Shown here piece after piece: positions 21,545-31,745 of a stretch of 64,000 bases of DNA (its first letter is position 1; each line of letters begins with the position of its first letter). The DNA lies in contig CAVUJY010000011.1 of the NCBI GenBank assembly GCA_963741935.1, forward strand, positions 9,537 through 73,536, written 5' to 3'. The notes beneath the pieces were generated by a model. The model had not been told where the DNA came from. It saw only the letters and a program-made list of their open reading frames with translations, and did no database searches. The stretch comes from an uncultured Bacteroidales bacterium. Its GTDB lineage: Bacteria; Bacteroidota; Bacteroidia; Bacteroidales; VadinHA17. The position numbers and the translations under genes are program-made.

Positions 21545-23040
21545 ATGTCAATCAATCGCAGGAATTTTCTTAAGGCCACTACACTTGCCGGTGCAGGTAC
21601 AATGGCCGGAGGGCTTATTTCGGGATGTGCTCCTAAACAACCTGAATCAAATCTGGCTGGAATTCTTGAATCAGTTAAAAAGATCCATTCCCAGAAATTT
21701 AATATGTCAGGATATGCAGCGCCTGCTCTGCCTATGGTTAGAATTGGGATTATCGGATTAGGTGACAGGGGAAGTGGTGCAGTTGAAAGACTGTCTTATA
21801 TCGAGGGTGTTGAGATCACAGCAATCGGAGATCTTCGTAAAGTAGCTGTAGACGGTTCTCAGAAATATCTTAAAAGTGTAGGCAGACCTGAAGCACGGGA
21901 GTTTTTTGGTGATGATAATGCCTGGAAGAAATTAGTTGAGCTGACAGATCTTGATCTGATTTATATATGTACGCCATGGGTATGGCATACCCCTATGGCA
22001 GTATATGCTATGGAAAATGGGAAACATGTAGCATGCGAAGTACCTATTGCACGGACGATTGATGAAGCATGGCAACTTGTTGAAACCTCTGAAAAAACCA
22101 AAAAGCATTGTATGATGCTTGAAAACTGCTGTTATGATTTCTTTGAATTATTAACATTAAATATGGCACGGCAGGGGATGTTTGGCGAGATTATTCATGG
22201 TGAAGGAGCTTATATTCATAATCTTATGGGATATAACTTCAAAAAGCCTCTCGATGATAAGCAAACTGATGGTGCCTACACAGGTATGTGGCGCCTTAAA
22301 GAAAATGCAACACGTAACGGAAACCTTTATCCTACACATGGATTGGGACCTATATGCCAGGCACTGAATATCAACTGGGGTGATAAAATGGAGTATCTTT
22401 CTTCAGTGTCAACATAACGATTTTACAATGGGACCAAAAGAGAAAGAGCTGGTTGCACAGGATGCATTCTATGATCCCTGGAAAGATTCTAAATTCAGGG
22501 GTAACATGAACACTACAATAATTAAGACATCGTACTTGGAAAGACAATAATGGTCCAGCACGATGTGTCATCAATGCATCCATATTCAAGAATTCATCTT
22601 GTTAAGGGAACTAAAGGAATGGCGCGAAAATATCCGGAAGAACTTATCGCTTTGGTGAAACAGTGGGTTGATGATGACCAGAACTGAAAGAACTATATGA
22701 TAAGTATACCCCTGAAATAGTAAAGAGAGTTGGAGAGATGGCAAAAGAAGTAGGTGGTCATGGCGGTATGGATTTTATAATGGACTGGAGATTAATAGAT
22801 TGTCTCAGGAATGGACTGCCTCTCGATCAGAATGTCTATGATGGAGCCCTCTGGAGCTCTGTCGCACCTCTAAGTGAATGGTCGGTAGCCAACAGATCCC
22901 AGTCAATTGATGTTCCTGACTTTACAGGCGGTTCGTGGAAAACCAATAAACCTCATGGAATTAATCTTGAAACAGGAGGCACCACTAAGGTACTTGATAT
23001 AGCAGAAGCAAGGGAAAAAATGCAATTGAACGTTAAGTAA
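21545..23040 (+). pseudogene. GH109-type NAD-dependent glycosidase (Gfo/Idh/MocA fold, TAT signal), three frameshifts
   Basis: TAT motif NRRNFLKATTLAGAG and Rossmann VRIGIIGLGDRGS. The C-terminal [45 protein letters not shown] is characteristic of GH109 alpha-N-acetylgalactosaminidases. Middle pieces (HNDFTMGPKEKEL..., GKTIMVQHDVSSMHPYSRIHLVKGTKG..., [15 protein letters not shown]) lie in shifted frames between 22400 and 22740. Confidence 0.8.
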
Positions 23041-23187
23041 ATCAAGGTAATAGCTGATTGATTTACCGGATAGTCAGATCAAATTTGTATATGCGCTGAA
23101 ATTATAATGGCTTGTCCAGACAACTGATTACTAAATTTCTTTACTTTGCACCCTGTTTAAAACTGCAGATGAACTAATTAAACAAAG

Positions 23188-25209
23188 ATGGTATCAGGGG
23201 GTAGCGAATTAATTGGTTTGCTTTTTAGTGCATATTTATTATTCTTATTATCGGGTACTTTATTATTACCTTTCATTCCTGTTCGTCATAAAGCAACGAT
23301 TAGCATCATTCTTGTTTTTCTGATTGCAGTATTGACCAGTGCTTTAGCCTTTAAAGCTTTAGCCTGGGGAGCTATTGAAATTCAGATAAACGGCGGACTG
23401 TTTTTTGGTATTATACCATTAAGAATTGATTCCCTTACTGCTTTTTTTATCCTTATTATCAATTTTACAGCAATTACAGGCGTACTTTACGGAACAGGTT
23501 ATCTGAAATCTGTCGCTGTCAGACCTTCAGTTATATCACTGCACTGGATATTATATATCTTGTTTCATTCTTCAATGCTTGCTGTTACTATGGTTCAGCA
23601 CAGCATCGTATTTCTTATTGCATGGGAGATAATGTCACTGTCATCCCTTTTTCTTGTGGTATTTGAGCATGAAAATCCAAAAGTGCTGAAGGCAGGAATT
23701 AACTATTTGGTGCAGATGCATATAAGTGTGGTTTTTCTGACTGTGGGATTTATTTGGGTTTATTTTAAGACCGGTACATTCGACTTCAGAGGAATATCCT
23801 CATTTTTTAGTTCAAATGACAATATCTGGTTGTTTCTTGTATTCTTTCTTGGATTTGGTCTGAAAGCCGGATTTGTTGGACTGCACACATGGTTGCCAAA
23901 AGCTCATCCTGCTGCTCCGTCACACATTTCAGGCGTGATGTCAGGCGTAATAGTTAAGATGGGTATCTATGGCATTTTTCGAATAATATCTTATCTTAAA
24001 TCAGATTTTCTGATTATCGGGGAAATTGTGCTGTCCGTTTCCTTAATGACTGGTTTGTTCGGGATAATGAATGCTGCAGTGCATCGCGATTTTAAGAAGC
24101 TTCTGGCATACTGTACGATCGAGAATATTGGCATTATCGGAATAGGAATTGGTATCGGATTAATCGGTATTTCAAAAGGGCAGAGTTTGCTTTGTTTTCT
24201 TGGTTTCGGCGGGGCACTGGTTCATGTACTTAACCATTCATTATTTAAATCGTTGCTTTTTTATTCTGCAGGATCGGTATACAAACAAACCCATACCCGG
24301 GATATGGATAAACTGGGAGGGTTGATAAAGGTGATGCCATCCACTGCACTTTTCTTCCTTATTGGTTCAATTGCAATTGGAGGGATTCCTCCTTTTAATG
24401 GCTTTATATCGGAATTTCTTATCTATTCAGGAATAATTCATGGTATTAATACAGCTGGTATTTCACAGCTTACATTAATGATAATAACCTTCGCAGGAAT
24501 GAGTATAATCGGAGGTGTGTCAATTATTACTTTTACAAAAACCTTCGGTACTATCTTTCTTGGTAATGCCCGACAGAGAAGTAATCACAAACCGGTTGAA
24601 GTCTCATTTATAATGTTATTGCCACAATATCTGATAGTATGCCTGATGATTCTCATTTCTGTTTTCCCGGGTTATGTTATTCAAATTATGACAACAGTTC
24701 TGAATACATTCAGATTCCCGGGAATTAATATGTTTACTGCCGAATCGGAAAGATACATATTCATTATGCAGAATATAAGCATTACATCATTGCTATTCAT
24801 AGCTTTATCAGGAATCTTATTTTTTGTGCGATATACCTTTATCAGGGGAAAAGAGCAAAAAATCTCCTCAACATGGGGATGTGGCTATGTAAATCCAAAC
24901 ACTCATATGCAGTATACCGGAAAATCATATTCAAAGTCTTTCGGTAAGCTATTGAATTTTATGCTTATAGAGAAAAAAAGATATGAAGAAATCGACAGAA
25001 ATGATACATTCCCTGAAACGAGAAAATACAGTTCCTTTTATCTCGATGTAATAGAAAACAAGATAATTGATCCGATTATTCAATTGATTACATACATTAC
25101 CAACAAATTCCAGTTCATACAAAATGGTAAAGTTCAGGCTTATGTTATTTACGGAATTGTCTTTATATTAACAATATTTATATTAACAGTTTTAACTCTG
25201 ATTAATTGA
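23188..25209 (+). CDS. HyfB-like antiporter-type membrane subunit (NuoL/M/N superfamily), copy 1
   Basis: 673 aa, polytopic. WEIMSLSSLFLVVFEH and LHTWLPKAHPAAPSHISGVMSGVIVKMGIYG are typical of hydrogenase-4 component B. Confidence 0.85.
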   Translation: MVSGGSELIGLLFSAYLLFLLSGTLLLPFIPVRHKATISIILVFLIAVLTSALAFKALAWGAIEIQINGGLFFGIIPLRIDSLTAFFILIINFTAITGVLYGTGYLKSVAVRPSVISLHWILYILFHSSMLAVTMVQHSIVFLIAWEIMSLSSLFLVVFEHENPKVLKAGINYLVQMHISVVFLTVGFIWVYFKTGTFDFRGISSFFSSNDNIWLFLVFFLGFGLKAGFVGLHTWLPKAHPAAPSHISGVMSGVIVKMGIYGIFRIISYLKSDFLIIGEIVLSVSLMTGLFGIMNAAVHRDFKKLLAYCTIENIGIIGIGIGIGLIGISKGQSLLCFLGFGGALVHVLNHSLFKSLLFYSAGSVYKQTHTRDMDKLGGLIKVMPSTALFFLIGSIAIGGIPPFNGFISEFLIYSGIIHGINTAGISQLTLMIITFAGMSIIGGVSIITFTKTFGTIFLGNARQRSNHKPVEVSFIMLLPQYLIVCLMILISVFPGYVIQIMTTVLNTFRFPGINMFTAESERYIFIMQNISITSLLFIALSGILFFVRYTFIRGKEQKISSTWGCGYVNPNTHMQYTGKSYSKSFGKLLNFMLIEKKRYEEIDRNDTFPETRKYSSFYLDVIENKIIDPIIQLITYITNKFQFIQNGKVQAYVIYGIVFILTIFILTVLTLIN

Positions 25210-27229
25210 TTAATGCCTTGATATTCATAGTGCTGATTGCTGTTTTGGCAATACTGCTGGTAAAAACAACAGTAAAGGGAATTATCGCGGTTTCAGCCGT
25301 GGTAATAATCGGTTTACTGACAAGCTTTATTGCATTTAGAGCACTCATGGGAACAAACTATGATGTTGTATTAACCGGTACCATCATGTTTGGGAAAGTC
25401 CGCATCCTTATTGATGCACTTTCAGCATGGTTTATTCTGACCATAAATTTTACACTTATTACCGGTGCTATTTATGGTTTTAATTATATGAAGATGTACA
25501 GTGACCGTAAGAGCGAGATTACTCTTCATTGTATTGCCTACATTCTTATCCAGGTTGCCTTACTTGGGATCTGTTCAGTTCAGAATGGTTTCATTTTCCT
25601 TTTATTCTGGGAACTTATGGCTCTGTCTGTTTTTATTCTGGTGATTTTCGAACATGAAAAGCCAGATACAATTAAAGCCGGAATAAACTACCTGATTCAG
25701 TCACATATCAGTATTGTTTTTTTAATGCTTGGATTTATCTATGTGGCATTCAAAAATGGCGGTTACGGCTTTGATTCTATTTCAGAATTTTCATCTCATC
25801 AATCCACACTTGCCGGAACTGCACTCTTTCTCTGTTTTTTTGTTGGTTTTGCAATCAAATCCGGTTTCGTGCCCTTTCATACCTGGTTGCCATATGCACA
25901 TCCTGCTGCACCTGCTCATATCTCAGGTATAATGTCAGGTGTTCTGATAAAAATAGGGATCTATGGCATTTTAAGGATGTTGTTGCTGATAAAAACAGAC
26001 TATACAACAATTGGGTATATTATCCTTATAGTTTCAGTTATAACCGGATTGTATGGAGTTATGCTGGCTATAATACAGCATGACCTTAAGAAACTCCTGG
26101 CATACCATAGCATTGAAAATATCGGAATTATAGGAATCGGTATCGGTATTGGCTGCATTGGACTTGGAGATACCAACAAATGGATGACTATTCTGGGGTT
26201 TTCCGGTGCTCTTGCTTCATACTTTAAATCACTCATTATTTAAATCATTGCTGTTCTATAGTGCAGGTAATGTTTATCAGGCTGCTCACACTCTTAATAT
26301 TGAAAGGTTGGGTGGATTAATAAAGAGAATGCCAAAGACTGCAATTTTGTTTCTGGTAGCTGCGATAGCTATCTGCGGACTTCCACCGTTGAATGGTTTT
26401 ATTTCAGAATTCATGATATATGCAGGAATTTACAACTGGCTTTTCAGCGCCAGTTTGATTTCACTGATTGCTATAATATTTGCTCTTGTAGGACTTGTCC
26501 TGATAGGAGGTTTGGCGATTCTTTGTTTTACAAAAGCTTTCAGCGTTGTATTTTTAGGAAAATCAAGGGATATTCCTGAAGGAAATATAAAAGAAACAGG
26601 GTTCTGGCAATTGCTTCCTATGTATATGACGGTAACATTAATGATAATTATCGGATTGTTTCCTTCCGTTTTTATAAGTGCTTTGCAAACTCCGGTTAAT
26701 CTGTTTACACATCATATCGTATTTAATCTTAATCTTATTAAAGTAAGTGCCATTGATTCTCTTCAGATTATCAGCTGGCTGTTCATGGTATTTATATTGG
26801 TAGTAGCAGGATTGATGATATTAAAAAAACTGGTTCAAAGGAACAGGCTCATTGTAAAAGGACCAACATGGGGATGCGGATATAATGCAGCTGGTTCCAA
26901 AGTCCAGTATACAGCCGGCTCATTTGTCAAAAGCTACTCGAAGCTTGCCAAGCCATTTCTGAAAATTGAGAAATCAGGTGATGATGTTGATAAGGTATTT
27001 CCATCACTAAAACATTATTATACACGAGTCTTATGATAAGCTTGAACATATTCTTATTGATAAACCACTGAAGCTGATGTACAGGATTATTGATCTTTTT
27101 AAATTCATACAGAATGGCCATTTGCAGAGATATATTCTTTATGGAATAATATTTATTACCGCTGTGCTTTGTGTCCCTCTGATTATTGATAAGATATTGA
27201 CACTTATTCATTTCTTAAATAATTTGTAA
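25206..27229 (+). pseudogene. HyfB-like antiporter-type membrane subunit, copy 2, two frameshifts
   Basis: Paralog of the upstream gene (WELMALSVFILVIFEH; FHTWLPYAHPAAPAHISGIMSGVLIKIGIYG). Shift 1 is near 26211-26216: GAL, then LHTLNHSLFKSLLFYSAG. Shift 2 is near 27030: the C-terminus KLEHILIDKPLKLMYRIIDLFKFIQNGHLQRYILYGIIF aligns with the copy-1 C-terminus. It ends at TAA 27227-27229. The TTG start overlaps the copy-1 stop (TTGA). Confidence 0.8.
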
Positions 27230-27232
27230 AAA

Positions 27233-28138
27233 ATGTTAAGTCTGATTTTAATATTACTAACCAGCTTGTTCTTTACAGGTATTATTCTGAGAACCAAAAG
27301 CATAGCTTCGGGACGAAAAGGTCCGGGTATAATGCAGCCGCTGAAGGATGTAGTTAAGCTTTTCAGGAAAGGCTCAGTTTATAGTGATACCACAAGTATC
27401 ATTTTCCAGATTGCCCCAACCATTTACTTTACATCTGTGTTCATGGCATGTCTGGTTGTTCCGTTTGGCTCTTACAAAGGTATCGTAAGCTTTGATGGCG
27501 ACTTTATTTTCTTTGCATATATACTGGCATTGGGCAAGTTCTTCAGTATTATTTCAGCCATGGATACAGGCAGTAGTTTTGAAGGCATGGGAGCAAGCCG
27601 CGAGGCATTATATTCAATGTTTGCTGAACCTGCTTTCTTTATACTCATCGGTTCATTTGCACTTCTTACTGGCAATACATCATTCTATGATATCTTTTCT
27701 ACCTTGCATCTTGGCTCTTCAATAACCTACACTTTGGGAGGTCTGGCAGCATTTGTGCTTATAATGATATCAATGATTGAGAACAGCAGGATGCCTGTGG
27801 ATGATCCAAAGACACATCTGGAGCTAACTATGATACATGAAGTTATGATTCTTGATAATAGCGGCTTTGATTTTGGATTAATCCTTTCAGCCGGATATCT
27901 GAAGTTTGCAATGTACGGAGCATTAATTGCAGATTTTTTTATAGGTGGATTATCACTGATCTGGGCCATTCCTGTCTTTTTGATAATTCAGCTGGCTTAT
28001 GCAGTAATGGTAGGTCTTATTGAATCTTTTATGGCACGATTCAGAATGAGCCATAACCCACAGTTTATTCTTGCTCTATCATCCGTCAGTTTTCTGATAT
28101 TTCTTGGAGTATTACTTGTTTTGGAAAAATTTGTATAA
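27233..28138 (+). CDS. HyfC/HycD-like (NuoH family) membrane subunit
   Basis: 301 aa, polytopic. N-terminal GRKGPGIMQPLKDVVKLFRKG is typical of formate hydrogenlyase subunit 4 and NuoH. Confidence 0.85.
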   Translation: MLSLILILLTSLFFTGIILRTKSIASGRKGPGIMQPLKDVVKLFRKGSVYSDTTSIIFQIAPTIYFTSVFMACLVVPFGSYKGIVSFDGDFIFFAYILALGKFFSIISAMDTGSSFEGMGASREALYSMFAEPAFFILIGSFALLTGNTSFYDIFSTLHLGSSITYTLGGLAAFVLIMISMIENSRMPVDDPKTHLELTMIHEVMILDNSGFDFGLILSAGYLKFAMYGALIADFFIGGLSLIWAIPVFLIIQLAYAVMVGLIESFMARFRMSHNPQFILALSSVSFLIFLGVLLVLEKFV

Positions 28139-28149
28139 AACATCTGAAG

Positions 28150-28782
28150 ATGACAAATGTACTGTTGATTATATTTATTATAAGTCTTTTATATGTTGCG
28201 ATTGCGAACAGGATCATAACATATGTGAGGGTACTTGCATTACAGGGCTTTATCCTTTTTGCAGTGGCCTTTCTTCAATTGCAGGATATAAAGACGTGGA
28301 ATCTGATTCTCATTCTTCTTGAAACAATTGTTTTTAAAGCTCTGGCAGTTCCATTCTTTTTAAGCTATCTTATTAAGAGAAATAAAATTACCCGTGAATC
28401 TGAGCCATATCTTCCGCATTTTATATCACTGATTATAGTTACTCTGATTGTGGTAATTACAATACTGTTAGCTAATTCAGTCCATGACGCAAATCTTGAT
28501 AAGATTTTCTTTATAGTATCGCTATCGACTCTCTTTACGGGTTTATACTTCATAGCTTCAAGGAAAAAGATTATAACACATGTTATGGGATATCTCATGA
28601 TTGAGAATGGGGTATTTGTTCTTTCTCTTGCAGTTGGTAATGAGATGCCAAACCTGGTTAATCTTGGTATTATGCTTGATGTATTTGCAAGTGTTCTTAT
28701 TCTGGGCATCTTCCTTAATAAGATCGGCGATGTATTTAAAGATGCGGATGTTGACCAGCTAAGTAATTTGAAAGACTATTAA
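28150..28782 (+). CDS. HyfE-like small membrane subunit
   Basis: 210 aa with about 6 TM helices. Size and position (between the NuoH-like and NuoN-like genes) match hydrogenase-4 component E. MIENGVFVLSLAVG resembles NuoK/HyfE. Confidence 0.7.
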   Translation: MTNVLLIIFIISLLYVAIANRIITYVRVLALQGFILFAVAFLQLQDIKTWNLILILLETIVFKALAVPFFLSYLIKRNKITRESEPYLPHFISLIIVTLIVVITILLANSVHDANLDKIFFIVSLSTLFTGLYFIASRKKIITHVMGYLMIENGVFVLSLAVGNEMPNLVNLGIMLDVFASVLILGIFLNKIGDVFKDADVDQLSNLKDY

Positions 28783-28790
28783 TCGAGGAA

Positions 28791-30222
28791 ATGATGACAG
28801 GGATTTATCTTATTTGCTCTTTTGTTCTTGCAGGATTTATTTTCCTGAACAGGAAAACCTTAATAAATAACATATTAATTGTTGCTTTTGGAATATTGCA
28901 GACTGCATTCACAGTATATGCAGTAATGAACTATAGGTCAGGTTCTCTTGAATATTTCACATTTGATGCTCTGGGTTTACTTCTTCTCATGACTTTGAGT
29001 ATTGTTACTATTCCTGCTTTGCTTCATAGTTATCTTTATATTAAGAGACATAATGAGACACCGCAATCGCGTTCAATATATTTTGCAGCACTTGTTGTCC
29101 TTATTACTTCTATTACAGCTGCTTATCTGGCAAATCAGATTGCTGTTATCTGGATATTTGCTGAAATGACCACCTTGTCTGCATCTATGCTTATATACCA
29201 TCACCGCAACAAGCTGGCTCTTGAAGGCACCTGGAAGTATGTTTTCATTTGCGCAATAAGCTTAACTTTTGTCTTTATTGGCATATTATTTCTGAGCCTT
29301 TCTCTTCGCAATTCAGGATCTGATGATTTGTCATTCAGTAATCTTCTGTTATATAAGGATAAGCTCAACCCTTTTTGGTTAAGGCTGGCTTTCCTCTTTA
29401 TTTTCACAGGATTTACAGCCAAGATGGGACTGGTTCCAATGTACACAGCCGGTATTGATGCAAAAGATAAAGCACCTGCTCCTGTGGGTGCCTTACTGGC
29501 AAGTGTTTTGATGAACATGGGCTTTGTTGCTATATTCAGATTTTACATTGTTATTGCACAGACATCTCTTTTTCACTGGGCCAACCTCATAATTTTTGTA
29601 TCGGCAATTCTTTCGGTTTTAGTGGCTACTGTCTATATGACCAAGGTTATGAATATTAAGAGAATGTTAGCCTATTCAGGAATAGAACATATGGGCATTG
29701 TAATGCTTGGTGTCGCTGCCGGCGGTATTGGTTATTATGCGGCTGTACTGCATATAATACTTCACACTTTTGTAAAATCAGGATTGTTTTTTCAGTATAA
29801 CCAGCTATACAGAGTATTTCAGAGCAAAAGTATTCATCAGGCAGGCAATTATTTTAAATATAATCCAGCCGGTGCAATTGTTTTACTATTTGGCTTTATT
29901 AGTGCCACTGCTATGCCTCCATCTGGCTTGTTTGTTAGCGAATTTTTGATCTTCAGGTCGCTTTTTGAGAGCAGTCATCTGATTATACTGGTACTGGTAT
30001 TGATACTGCTTACCATTGTTATATGGGCATTTGGTAAAAATATATTTAAAATATTGTTTGTTCCGGTTCCCGGGTTTGATGAATCAAAAGTGCCTAGTTA
30101 TAAGCCCATGGGAATCATTAACTCAATATATACTTATGTTTTCGGCAATCTGGCTTGGTCTGAATCCTCCTGATGTTTTTGTTCAGATGATACAGGAGGC
30201 AGTTAAAATTTTACCTAACTAA
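28791..30222 (+). CDS. HyfF-like antiporter-type membrane subunit (NuoN-like), 3' frameshift
   Basis: Polytopic, with FTAKMGLVPMYTAGIDAKDKAPAPVGALLASVLMNMG and MLAYSGIEHMG. The as-read ORF stops at 30173. An overlapping frame (30016-30222; WESLTQYILMFSAIWLGLNPP...) ends 1 nt before the next ATG, so that is probably the true C-terminus. The shift is near 30070-30110. Confidence 0.8.
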
Positions 30223-30223
30223 T

Positions 30224-31726
30224 ATGAATGTTTTAGCAATAACTAATCATCAGTCAGTTCCGGTAGAAGAAATTCCGGTTTTGGAGTATAAATCCTTTAT
30301 GGAGATGCAACACTTCATTACTCGAAGATCATCCTGAACGACACTGTGTCTGTTATTTTGGTTATCGTTCAGGTAATATTGTGCATCTTATTTGTTGTAT
30401 AGCCGATGATAATCAGCATAATATAATGGTTTCTTCATCCATAGTTGAAGAAAACTCCAGTTCTGGATTCCTTCACTTCCAAAAATCTTGCATTTGAGAA
30501 ATTTGAACGTGAGATTCATGAGAATTTCGGTATTTCTTATTCTGATCATCCATGGCTGAAGCCGGTTAGGTATTCTGAAAACAGATCCGATAAGGGTCAG
30601 AATATTGCTGATTACCCGTTTTATAATATTGAAAGCGAGGAGCTTCATGAAGTAGGAGTGGGGCCTGTGCATGCCGGTATCATTGAACCCGGGCATTTCA
30701 GGTTTATTTGTAATGGGGAGCAGATTTTGCATCTTGAAATTCAACTGGGATTTCAGCATCGGGGAGTAGAACAGTTGTTCCTGGATAAAACTAAACTGAT
30801 TCAGCGAACAATTCTTGCTGAATCGATTGCCGGAGATAGTGTTATCGAACATAATTCAGCTTTTTCATATCTGATGGAAAGTCTGGGTGGAGTAGAAATT
30901 GGTAAGAGATGTTCTTTATGCCAGAACAATAGCCCAGGAGATAGAACGTATTGCAATTCATACCGGTGACCTGAGTGCAATATGTACTGATATTGCTTAC
31001 CAGCTTGGAAGTTCAGTTCTGGGAAGATTAAGAACACCTGTAATTAATTTTTTTCAGGAATGGTGTGGAAACAGACTTGCCAAAGGACTGATAAGAACCG
31101 GGTATAATCCATATCCATTTACTAATGCGCTGGCTGAAAGGTTATTAATGATTCTGGATGCATTTGAACCGGATTTTATTGAGATAAACAGTGAACTTTC
31201 CACTTTGCCAAGTACCTTATCGCGGTTTGAGAGAACAGGTACCTTATCTTATGACCAGCTTCTATCGATTGGTACCGTAGGTATGTCTGCAAGAATGAAC
31301 GCTCTGGAAAGGGATATACGAAAATCTCATCCTTATGGATTATATTCTGAATTAGACCATATTCCCGTAATAAAACATCATGGCGATGTATATTCAAGAG
31401 TACAGATAAGAAAGGAAGAGGTACTGCAGTCAATATCATATCTCAGACAGTTGCTGAAGAGTTTGCCAGAGCCTGGTAATACCGGCTCTGTTGGTATCTC
31501 TATGACTCCCTCTGCCTTTTCAGTTTCTCTGACCGAAGGATGGAGAGGAGAGATTTGTCATGCCGCCATAACCAATGAAAAAGGAGAACTTATAGTGTAT
31601 AAAATAAAAGATCCGTCTTTTCATAACTGGCTGGCTCTTGCCCTGAGTGTAAGAAATAATGAGATATCAGATTTTCCGGTATGCAATAAAAGCTTTGATC
31701 TGTCATATTGTGGTCATGATCTGTAA
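30224..31726 (+). pseudogene. HycE/HyfG-like NuoC-NuoD fusion (hydrogenase large-subunit homolog) lacking NiFe cysteine ligands, three frameshifts
   Basis: NuoC-like EREIHENFGISYSDHPWLKP. NuoD/HycE-like GPVHAGIIEPGHFRF...LGFQHRGVEQL. It has AESIAGDSVIEH where HycE has DRVCGICGFAH, and ends SFDLSYCGHDL where HycE has SLDPCYSCTDR. Frame changes are near 30300-30335, 30440 and 30900. Confidence 0.8.
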
Positions 31727-31745
31727 ACCTGAAACGCTATAGAAT

